64,000 bases of DNA from Candidatus Acidiferrales bacterium. Its GTDB lineage: Bacteria; Chloroflexota; Dormibacteria; Aeolococcales; Bog-877. The first letter of the stretch is position 1. Every line of letters starts with the position of its first letter. The notes under the pieces are model-generated. The model made no database searches and was not told the DNA's origin. It saw only the letters and a list, made by a program, of their open reading frames with translations. The stretch lies in contig DATLTJ010000107.1 of the NCBI GenBank assembly GCA_035533655.1, positions 72 to 64,071 of the forward strand, written 5' to 3'. A program made the position numbers and the translations under genes. This document shows, piece after piece, positions 17,491-25,500 of this stretch.

Positions 17491-18336
17491 GTGACCGTCC
17501 GGATCGTCACCGACAGCACTTGCGACCTGCCTGAGAGCCGACGGCAGGCCGCCGGCGTGGTCACCGTCCCCCTGCGACTCCATTTCGGAGACCAGGAGTT
17601 CCGGGACCGGGTCGATCTCGACGATAAGCAGTTCCTGGAGCGGCTCGGCGCCGCCAAGGCACCGCCCCCCACCTCGCAGCCCCCGCCCGGCGACTTCGAG
17701 GCGGTCTATCGCCGCCTCCTGGCGGACCCCGCTGACGAGGTGGTCTCCATCCACATTGCCGCTGCCCTCAGCGGCACCGTCGGGTCGGCGACTGTGGCGG
17801 CGCAAGCAGTCGGCCCGGAGCGAATCCAGGTGGTCGACAGCCGGACGGTGAGCCTGGGCACTGGTTTACAGGTGTTGGCGGCGGTCGAGCTCGCCGAACA
17901 GGGTCGCTCCGCCAAGGAGATCGTGACAGAGCTGGCGTGGATGCCTCGGCGCACCGGGATCATCTGCCTCCTGGACACCCTGCGCTACCTCCAGCTGGGA
18001 GGGAGGATCGGGCGGGTGCAGGCGATGCTCGGCGGTGCGCTCTCGATCAAGCCCCTGATCAGCCTCGGCGAAGACGGAGCGGTGGTTCCGATCGGGCGGG
18101 TCCGCAGCCGGACGGTCGGCATCCGCCGCCTCAGCGAGTTGCTGGTGGAACATCGCCCCTTGGCGCAGTGTGGCGTGCTCTACGTGGGCGATCCCGCCGA
18201 CGCCGAGCGCCTGCTGCGCGACGCCCGGGGGACGTTCCCCGGGATGGACATCTTGCTCCAGCATGCGAGTCCGGTGATCGGCAGTCATTGCGGGCCGGGA
18301 ACCATCGCCTATTGCTACCTTGAAGCCAGGCCCTAG
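17491..18336 (+). CDS. DegV family fatty-acid-binding protein
   Basis: IVTDSTCDLP N-terminus and a TSQP...SGT...GPG pattern typical of DegV. Confidence 0.85.
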   Translation: MTVRIVTDSTCDLPESRRQAAGVVTVPLRLHFGDQEFRDRVDLDDKQFLERLGAAKAPPPTSQPPPGDFEAVYRRLLADPADEVVSIHIAAALSGTVGSATVAAQAVGPERIQVVDSRTVSLGTGLQVLAAVELAEQGRSAKEIVTELAWMPRRTGIICLLDTLRYLQLGGRIGRVQAMLGGALSIKPLISLGEDGAVVPIGRVRSRTVGIRRLSELLVEHRPLAQCGVLYVGDPADAERLLRDARGTFPGMDILLQHASPVIGSHCGPGTIAYCYLEARP

Positions 18337-20458
18337 CCGCTCCCGCACCTTGGTCCGCAGCGACGCCGGAAAGGTGACTCCCAGGCTCGCCGGCTTACAG
18401 CTCGACTCCCCTTTGTCCGAACTACCTGCGATCGCGGCCCAGCGGGACCAGAGGAAGCGCCGGGAGAGGGTGGCTTCGCTGAGGCGGCTCGGGCTGCGCA
18501 CCGTCCGCGAGCTTCTCTTCTACCGGCCGAGACGGTACGACGACCAGCGCCAGCGGGTGACGGTAGCTCAGCTCAAGTTAGGCCAGGTGGGCACCGTCGA
18601 GGTGGAAGTCGTCCACGTGAGCGTGCGCCCCGCCAGATCCCGGAGGTTGGAACTGGTAGAGGCCAGGGTGGCCGACCGGACCGGAGAACTCGCCGTGGTC
18701 TGGTTCAATCAACCGCGCCTCCGAAAATTGAAGGTTGGTGATCAGATCACCCTGTTTGGCAAGGCCCAGGTCCGGCGGGGCCAGGTGCAGCTGAGCAGTC
18801 CCGAAGTGGATTGGGATCTCGACGCGGTTGGCCAGGCGAAGGTAGGCGTGGTGGTTCCTACCTATCCGGAGACGTACGGGGTCACCTCGCGCTGGCTCCG
18901 CACTCAGGTTGCCCAGCTGCTGCCGCTCGCTGTCCGTATCGAGGACCCGCTGCCGGATGCGATTCGCCAGCGGGAGAACCTCATCCCGACTTCGGTAGCG
19001 ATCCGGGGCATTCACTTCCCCGAGAATCAACGCGCCCTGGAACTGGCTGAGGAGCGATTCGGCTTCGACGAGCTCTTCTATCCCCAGCTGGCAGCGCTGA
19101 TGGCCCGTCGCCAGCGACTCCGCCGCTCCGGCGTGCGCAGCCCCTACAGCGTCGCGATCGCCCGGGAGTTCGTCGCCAAACTTCCCTTCAAATTGACCAA
19201 GGACCAGCGGGTAGCGGCGCACGAAATCCTCACCGACATGGACCGGCCCTCGCCGATGAACCGACTGCTCCAGGGCGATGTGGGGTCGGGGAAGACGGTG
19301 GTGGCGGCGATGGCGGCCCAGATGGCAATCTCCGCGCGCCACCAGGTGGTGCTGATGGCCCCCACCGAGATCTTGGCCCGGCAGCACCTCCAGACACTAG
19401 GGGACCTTCTCTCGGGCTTCGGGCTCGAGCCCCGACTGCTGGTGGGCAGCACCACTTCCGCGGTGCGCCGAGAGATTCTTGGAGGGCTCGCCGCCGGAGC
19501 GGTCCAGCTGGTGGTTGGCACCCATGCCCTGATCGAAGATGCCGTCAGCCTTCCGGATCTGGGGCTCTGCATCGTGGACGAACAACACCGTTTTGGGGTT
19601 GAGCAACGGCTCCGGCTGCTGGAGAAAGCGCGCTTGAATCCGGACGTCTTGTCAATGACGGCGACCCCCATCCCGCGCTCCTTGGCCCGCACGCTCTACG
19701 GCGATCTCGACGTGAGCCGAATCCACCAACAGCCTCCGAACCGGATTCCCATCAAGACGTCGATCGTGGAATCCGAGCAGCGGTCCCAGGCGTACGAGGA
19801 GATCCGCGCGCAGGTCCAAGCTGGTCGGCAGGCGTTCATCATCTGCCCTTTGGTGGAAGACTCCCCGGCGGTCGCAGCCCGGTCGGCCACCGCCGAATTC
19901 GAGCGGCTGCGGACCGAGGTTTTCCCCGAGCGCCGACTGACTTTGCTGCACGGAAAGCTGGCAGCACGTGACAAGGCGGAGCGGATGCAGGCGTTTGCCA
20001 AGGGAGCAGTCGACATCCTGGTAGCCACCAGCGTGATCGAAGTTGGCGTCGACATCCCGAACGCCACGGTGATGGCGGTCGAGGGTGCAGAGCGCTTCGG
20101 GCTGGCGCAATTGCACCAGTTCCGCGGCCGCATTGGCCGGGGTCCACATCAGTCGTACTGCCTGCTGTTTTCTGAGGGCGACGACCAGGGCGCGCGGTTC
20201 CGGCTCCAGGCTCTCGTGGATCACTCCGACGGCTTCGAGGTGGCTGAAATGGACCTCAAATCAAGAAAGGCGGGTGACCCATACGGTCTTCGCCAGCACG
20301 GCATTCCCGAGATGCGCGTGGGCGACCTCCTCAACGAAGCGCTGAGACAGCGAGCCCGGTCCGCGGCGGAAGCGCTGCTGGACCGCGACCCCGAGTTGCG
20401 AGATCCGCTGATCCGAAGGGAGATGCGCAATTACCAGGTGGTCTTCGAATTCGATTGA
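18320..20458 (+). CDS. recG: ATP-dependent DNA helicase RecG
   Basis: Wedge domain followed by helicase motifs GDVGSGKT, DEQHRFG, TATPIPR and QLHQFRGRIGRG. TTG start is uncertain. Confidence 0.9.
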   Translation: MKPGPSRSRTLVRSDAGKVTPRLAGLQLDSPLSELPAIAAQRDQRKRRERVASLRRLGLRTVRELLFYRPRRYDDQRQRVTVAQLKLGQVGTVEVEVVHVSVRPARSRRLELVEARVADRTGELAVVWFNQPRLRKLKVGDQITLFGKAQVRRGQVQLSSPEVDWDLDAVGQAKVGVVVPTYPETYGVTSRWLRTQVAQLLPLAVRIEDPLPDAIRQRENLIPTSVAIRGIHFPENQRALELAEERFGFDELFYPQLAALMARRQRLRRSGVRSPYSVAIAREFVAKLPFKLTKDQRVAAHEILTDMDRPSPMNRLLQGDVGSGKTVVAAMAAQMAISARHQVVLMAPTEILARQHLQTLGDLLSGFGLEPRLLVGSTTSAVRREILGGLAAGAVQLVVGTHALIEDAVSLPDLGLCIVDEQHRFGVEQRLRLLEKARLNPDVLSMTATPIPRSLARTLYGDLDVSRIHQQPPNRIPIKTSIVESEQRSQAYEEIRAQVQAGRQAFIICPLVEDSPAVAARSATAEFERLRTEVFPERRLTLLHGKLAARDKAERMQAFAKGAVDILVATSVIEVGVDIPNATVMAVEGAERFGLAQLHQFRGRIGRGPHQSYCLLFSEGDDQGARFRLQALVDHSDGFEVAEMDLKSRKAGDPYGLRQHGIPEMRVGDLLNEALRQRARSAAEALLDRDPELRDPLIRREMRNYQVVFEFD

Positions 20459-20513
20459 GCCGGTCCCGGGACCGTGCCCGTGCAGGTGTGGTCCTGCGAT
20501 CCTTTGAGATCTA

Positions 20514-21128
20514 GTGCCAACTCGCCCTCGCCGTTCGGGAAAACCTCGCGCCGCGGGTGCTCGCCTGACTGGTGGCGAAGCCGCCGGCCGGCGGCTTCTG
20601 ACTGAGGCAGTCCCGGACCTGCGGGCCACCACGGGCCTGGCGCGGGCCGCCTGCTTCAACATCCTGGGCGAGCTGGTGGTGGGAGCCCGAGTGGTGGACC
20701 TCTTCGCCGGCGCCGGCAGCCTGGGCCTAGAGGCGCTCTCCCGGGGAGCCAGCTTCGCGACCTTCGTGGAGGTGGGTCGGCAGCGGGCCCAGCTCATCGA
20801 CGCCAACCTGGCGAGCCTCGGCTGGGCCGACCGGGCGGAGGTGGTGGTAGCGGACGCCATCTCCTGGTTGCGTCGCCAGCGGGATCCGCTGACCAGCTGT
20901 CGGCTGGTCTTGCTGGACCCGCCCTACCGGGAAGCAGGACCCCAACTCTGCCTGGGCGCGCTGCGCCAGCTCGGCGTCGCGGCGGAGGCCAGCAATGGTT
21001 GGGATCCCTGGGTGGTGGCAGAACATCACCGCGATTTATCGGTGCCAGCCGAGGTCGGCGCGCTAAATTGCGTGCGTACCGCGCGGTACGGCACCACGGT
21101 GCTCTCCTTCTACCGGAGGCTCCCATGA
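20514..21128 (+). CDS. rsmD: 16S rRNA (guanine966-N2)-methyltransferase RsmD
   Basis: GGEAAGRRL, DLFAGAGSLGLEALSRGA and LDPPY motifs. Confidence 0.85.
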   Translation: MPTRPRRSGKPRAAGARLTGGEAAGRRLLTEAVPDLRATTGLARAACFNILGELVVGARVVDLFAGAGSLGLEALSRGASFATFVEVGRQRAQLIDANLASLGWADRAEVVVADAISWLRRQRDPLTSCRLVLLDPPYREAGPQLCLGALRQLGVAAEASNGWDPWVVAEHHRDLSVPAEVGALNCVRTARYGTTVLSFYRRLP

Positions 21129-21631
21129 CCACGGCGGTCTATCCCGGCAGCTTCGACCCGATCCACAGTGGCCACCTGGACGTGATTGGCCGGGCCCGCG
21201 AGATCTTCGACCGGGTCGTCGTGGGCGTGCTGGACAACGAGCACAAGAGATACCTCTTCTCGGTGGAAGAGCGGGCGGAACTAGTCCGCCAGAGCCTGCC
21301 TGCTGAAGCCGGCATCGAAGTGCGGCATTTCTCCGGGTTGGCAGTCGGCTTCGCGGCGGCCGAGGGCGCCACCGTGATCGTGCGGGGACTGCGGGCGGTG
21401 TCGGATCTGGACAGCGAGTTTCAGATGGCCCTCATGAACCGGCGGCTGGAGCCCAAGGTCCACACCGTGTTCCTGACCACCGGATTCTCCAACGTCTATC
21501 TCAGCTCCACTTTGCTGAAGGATGTCTGCGCTCACGGCGGTAGCATCGAGGGGCTGGTGTCCCCGGCCGTCGAGCGCGCGCTCCAAAGGAAGTTAGCCCC
21601 GGCCGGCACCGCAGCGGTCCGGCCCAGGTAG
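21125..21631 (+). CDS. coaD: Phosphopantetheine adenylyltransferase
   Basis: MTTAVYPGSFDPIHSGHLD..., with ATGA overlap with rsmD. The track ORF start (20999) is over-extended. Confidence 0.92.
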   Translation: MTTAVYPGSFDPIHSGHLDVIGRAREIFDRVVVGVLDNEHKRYLFSVEERAELVRQSLPAEAGIEVRHFSGLAVGFAAAEGATVIVRGLRAVSDLDSEFQMALMNRRLEPKVHTVFLTTGFSNVYLSSTLLKDVCAHGGSIEGLVSPAVERALQRKLAPAGTAAVRPR

Positions 21632-21641
21632 AGGAGAGACC

Positions 21642-22169
21642 ATGGCAGATGACGACGACGAGCTGGAGACCGACGGCGAAGGCATCTCGATCTTCGACGT
21701 CCTGGACCGGCTGGAGGCGCTGGTCAACCAGAGCCGCCGACTACCGCTGACGTCCAGCATCGTGGTCGGCGAGGAGGAGATTCTGGAGGCGCTGGACCAG
21801 ATCCGCGTGTCGCTGCCAGATGAGATCCGGGAAGCCCGCATGGTGCTGGAGACCAGGGATGCCCGGCTGCGGGAGGCGGCCGACCAAGCGGAGCAGACCG
21901 TACTCGCCGCTCAGGAGCGGAGCGACCGGCTCACCGACGACCACGAGGTCACGAGAAGGGCGACCGCCGAGGCCGACCGGCTCCTGAACGAGGCCCGCGA
22001 TCGCAGCCGCAAGATGCGCCGGGACACCGACGACTACGTCCGTGACCGGATGGAGGAGTTGGAGACCGAGCTGGCCTCAGCGCTGGCCCAGGTGCGCCGG
22101 GGGCTGGAGACGTTGGACCCGGGCCAGGAGGGCGACGAGAAGCCCAAGGGGAAGGGCCGGCGGCGCTAG
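21642..22169 (+). CDS. Hypothetical acidic coiled-coil protein
   Basis: 175-aa ORF with good G/C third-position bias. It has an acidic N-terminus (MADDDDELETDGE), long heptad-like Arg/Glu/Ala helices and a basic tail (KPKGKGRRR). I recognise no enzymatic motif. Confidence 0.7.
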   Translation: MADDDDELETDGEGISIFDVLDRLEALVNQSRRLPLTSSIVVGEEEILEALDQIRVSLPDEIREARMVLETRDARLREAADQAEQTVLAAQERSDRLTDDHEVTRRATAEADRLLNEARDRSRKMRRDTDDYVRDRMEELETELASALAQVRRGLETLDPGQEGDEKPKGKGRRR

Positions 22170-22205
22170 GGCAATCCCAGGCGCCTGATAAACTCCGAAA
22201 CCGTC

Positions 22206-22382
22206 ATGGCACTACCCAAAGAACGCATCCCTAAGGCCCGTCGCGACCGGCGTCGGTCCCATCTCGCCCTGCAGGGTCCGTCGCTCTCTCCCTGCCCGCG
22301 CTGCCGCCAGCCGCGCCGGCCGCACACGATCTGCCCGAACTGCGGCCAATACAAGGGACGCGAGGTCATAGCGACTGAGTAA
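22206..22382 (+). CDS. rpmF: 50S ribosomal protein L32
   Basis: My own translation gives MALPKERIPKARRDRRRSHLALQGPSLSPCPRCRQPRRPHTICPNCGQYKGREVIATE (58 aa, below the track cutoff). It shows the L32 N-terminal basic motif and CxxC...CxxC zinc ribbon. Confidence 0.88.
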   Translation: MALPKERIPKARRDRRRSHLALQGPSLSPCPRCRQPRRPHTICPNCGQYKGREVIATE

Positions 22383-22432
22383 CGGGGGGTCCGGGGGCTG
22401 ATCAGCGAGTGTCACCGGCGGTGAGCGCCGCC

Positions 22433-23383
22433 ATGGCGGCCCTGCTCTTTCCGGGCCAGGGGTCCCAGACCCCGGGAATGGGCCGGGCTTTGGTGCAAGG
22501 TGGGTACCAGCTGGCTCTGCTGGCGCTGGCCGAACAGGGTGGAATCCCCCTGCAGCGGCTCCTGGTGACCGGCACGGCGGAGGAGCTGAGGCCAACCGAA
22601 GTGGCTCAGCCTGCCCTCTACTACACCGGGGTCGCGCTGGCCCAGATTCTGCTCGAAGGAGGGCTTGCCCCAGTTGCTGCCGCCGGCCACAGCCTGGGCG
22701 AGTACTGCGCGGTCGTGGCCGCCGGCTCGCTCACCGCCGAGGACGGCATGCGCCTGGTGCTGGAGCGGGGCCGGCTGATGGCCAGCGCCCCGGACGGGAC
22801 GATGGCGGCTGTGCTGGGTCTTGAGCTGGTGCAGCTGGAGGCTCTCTGTCAGCAGGCGGAGACCGATGGCGAGTGCTGCGTTGTGGCCAATGACAACGCC
22901 CCCGGACAGGTGGTCGTGTCGGGCAGTCGGGCGGGGGTGGAGCGGCTGGCCGAACTAGCCAGGGCGGCCGGGGCCCGCCGGGTGCTGCCCCTCAACGTGG
23001 GGGGCGCCTTTCACTCTCCGCTGATGGCTCCGGCGGCGGCCGCCTTTGCCAGTCAACTAGATCAGGTCGAGCTCCAGGAGCCCGGCTTTGCGATTGTGGC
23101 CGGGGTCACCGGGACCATCTCCAACACCGCGGCTGAGGTCCGGGCCGGACTTCAGTCCCAGCTGACCGGCCCGGTGCGCTGGGTCGCCACGGTCAAGGCA
23201 CTGGCTGAGGTGGGAGCAGAGGCCTTCTGGGAGTGCGGCCCGGGTACCACCTTGTCCGGTCTGAGCCGGCGAATTCTGCCGACGGCCGAAACCATCTCAG
23301 TGGATTCCCCAGCGAGCGCCCAGCGGGCTCTCGCCGAACGCCCAGCAGCCGGCGAGCGGGCGGTGCTCGGGGGAGGCGCCTAG
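22433..23383 (+). CDS. fabD: Malonyl CoA-acyl carrier protein transacylase
   Basis: LFPGQGSQ N-terminus and active-site GHSLGEY. ATG 22433 gives the canonical N-terminus; GTG 22409 is also possible. Confidence 0.9.
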   Translation: MAALLFPGQGSQTPGMGRALVQGGYQLALLALAEQGGIPLQRLLVTGTAEELRPTEVAQPALYYTGVALAQILLEGGLAPVAAAGHSLGEYCAVVAAGSLTAEDGMRLVLERGRLMASAPDGTMAAVLGLELVQLEALCQQAETDGECCVVANDNAPGQVVVSGSRAGVERLAELARAAGARRVLPLNVGGAFHSPLMAPAAAAFASQLDQVELQEPGFAIVAGVTGTISNTAAEVRAGLQSQLTGPVRWVATVKALAEVGAEAFWECGPGTTLSGLSRRILPTAETISVDSPASAQRALAERPAAGERAVLGGGA

Positions 23384-23767
23384 GCTTCTCGGCCCCGGCT
23401 TACAATGGCCCCCAGCTTGCCCCGGCAAATGTACCCGTCAGCGGCCCCGCCGCCCTTCTCGGCAGTCGGGCTGTGAAATCCTTTGTCCGCCGCTTGGCCG
23501 GCACCAAGACTGGCGAGAACCCGCCCGCCGGCGCCTCGGAGGGCCCAGTTGAGGCCCCTGGCAGCGGCGGTGCCTCCTCAAGCTTTACCGTATTGCCCGG
23601 CGAGCGCCTCAGCGGCGCCGGCGCCGGCGGGGGGGCCATACCGGGTCCAGGTCAGCTGGATCGACCCGGGATCGCCAACCCGCCAGCGAAGGCACAGGGG
23701 GCGCCGGTCCCGGTTCCCGAACATCAGCAAGAGCAGGCGACCGCAGGTCGCTCAACTAGGGGAAGAG

Positions 23768-24016
23768 ATGGCAGACACGAGCTGGGAAGGGTTCAAGGCG
23801 ATAGTGGTGGAGCAACTGGGCGTCGAGGCAGATCAGGTGACTCCGGAAGCCAACTTCGTGGAGGATCTGAACGCCGACTCGCTGGACCTAGTGGAGTTGA
23901 TCATGGCCTTCGAGGAGGCCTACGGGATGGAGATCCCGGACGAGGACGCGGAGAAGATCCAGACGGTGGGGCAAGCCTGGGATTACATCAAGGATCATCT
24001 GGATCTGACCAGCTAG
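23768..24016 (+). CDS. acpP: Acyl carrier protein
   Basis: [19 protein letters not shown]...[32 protein letters not shown] carries the DSL phosphopantetheine site. It sits inside a longer track ORF (23483..24016). Confidence 0.92.
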   Translation: MADTSWEGFKAIVVEQLGVEADQVTPEANFVEDLNADSLDLVELIMAFEEAYGMEIPDEDAEKIQTVGQAWDYIKDHLDLTS

Positions 24017-24114
24017 CGGACGCCGCGCCGGCGCGACCGGTCACGCGGCGGCGGCGCTCGCAACCAGACGCGGCGGAGCAGGCCGAACAGGAACAGGAGG
24101 CCGAGCGCCGGCTG

Positions 24115-25500
24115 GTGGAGCTGGAGGCGCGGCTCGACCTCAAGTTCAAGCGCCGGGAATGGCTGCTTGAGGCGATGACTCACACCTCCTGGATCAACGA
24201 GCGCGGCGCCGAGGGCCGCGACAATGAACGGCTGGAGTACCTTGGTGATGCCGTCTTGGAGCTGGTCGCCGCCGAGTACCTCTTCAACCGATTCCCCAAC
24301 TACGACGAGGGCCAGCTGACCCAGATGCGCTCCTCGCTGGTGAGCACGGTGGCGCTGGCCGGGATCGGGGAGCAGCTGCGACTCGGCGAGGCGCTCCGGC
24401 TAGGCCGGGGGGCGACCAAGTCCGGGGCCCGGCGGCTGACCTCGCTCCATGCCAACGCCTTCGAGGCGATCATCGGCGCGACCTTTCTGGACCAGGGCTA
24501 CCGCAAGGCCGGCAAGATCTTTCTCTCCCGGATCGGGGACCTCAGTTCCTGGACGGACCCCAACTTCAAAGGGAGGCTGCAGGCGCTGGCCCAGGAGCGA
24601 TTCGGGATGCCCCCCCTCTACCGCACCCAGCCCGCCGGGAACACCCGCCCCCGTCAGTACCTCTCCCAGGTCTCGGTCGAAGGGGGCCCGGTCTTAGGGG
24701 AGGGCCGGGGAGGCACCAAGCAGGTGGCCGAGCAGGGGGCGGCTCGGGCCGCCATCGACGGCCTGGTGGCCCCGGTCTCCAAGAAGCGGCGCCGGGCCTC
24801 GCGGTCGACCGCGGGCGCCGCGGAGTCGACCGGCGAGCCGCTGACCGCCTTATCTCTCCAAGCGGTTGCCGTCGACATCTCTCTGGCGGTGGCACCCGCT
24901 GCGGGGGGAGGGGAGCCGGGGCTGGCCCTGGGGACTGTCGCGCCCGCCCGCAAGCGCCGGCGCCGATCACGCGGCAGCGCTACCGGAGCGTTGCCCGCTC
25001 ATGGTCCAGGCGAGGGCACGTCCGCTCCGGCAGACGTGATCCCGACCCCTGCGCTTTCCGCCCCCGCGCTGGAGGAAGCGGCCTTACCCAGCTCCGTGCC
25101 GCCACCCGCCCGACGGCGGCGCCGCCGCTCTCGGGCCGGCAGCGGGGGAGCGGCCGCCGATTCGGCAGTGCCGGAGGGGCAGCCGGCGGGGACAGCTTCG
25201 GACCAGGGTCCACCTTCTGCGTCGGAACCGACTGGCGCCACCAGCCCGGACGCCGCGCCCCCCAGACGCCGTCGCCGCCGCTCTCGGAGCGGGGCCACCA
25301 CCTCTGAGCCAGCGACTCCGGCGGCGGCCGAGCCCGGCACGGAGGCGCAGGCGACGGGGACGCCGGAGGGCCCCGGTGGGGAGCCGGCGACAACCCCCAA
25401 CCTGGACGGGCCTGTGGACCCCGCCCAGCGCAAGCGCACGCACCGGGGTCACCGGGGAGGCCGGCGGCGGTCAGGGAGACCGGCGACTCCAACTCCATGA
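24115..25500 (+). CDS. rnc: Ribonuclease III with a long C-terminal Arg-motif tail
   Basis: Signature NERLEYLGDAVLEL, then a dsRBD (GRLQALAQE...GGTKQVAEQGAARAAI). GTG 24115 gives the usual short N-terminus before LEARLDLKFKRREWLLEAMTH. The ORF then runs ~240 aa further to a TGA that overlaps the smc ATG. Confidence 0.85.
   Translation: MELEARLDLKFKRREWLLEAMTHTSWINERGAEGRDNERLEYLGDAVLELVAAEYLFNRFPNYDEGQLTQMRSSLVSTVALAGIGEQLRLGEALRLGRGATKSGARRLTSLHANAFEAIIGATFLDQGYRKAGKIFLSRIGDLSSWTDPNFKGRLQALAQERFGMPPLYRTQPAGNTRPRQYLSQVSVEGGPVLGEGRGGTKQVAEQGAARAAIDGLVAPVSKKRRRASRSTAGAAESTGEPLTALSLQAVAVDISLAVAPAAGGGEPGLALGTVAPARKRRRRSRGSATGALPAHGPGEGTSAPADVIPTPALSAPALEEAALPSSVPPPARRRRRRSRAGSGGAAADSAVPEGQPAGTASDQGPPSASEPTGATSPDAAPPRRRRRRSRSGATTSEPATPAAAEPGTEAQATGTPEGPGGEPATTPNLDGPVDPAQRKRTHRGHRGGRRRSGRPATPTP

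Noticed and set aside
23233-24114. N-terminal two-fifths of the 755-aa track ORF (23233..25500), which would make a giant RNase III fusion.
   Set aside because: This part overlaps the 3' end of fabD and all of acpP in other frames. It translates to Gly/Arg/Pro low-complexity sequence and is open only because G+C-rich frames lack stops. RNase III homology begins right after GTG 24115. A CTG at 23977 is the only upstream alternative and is unlikely.
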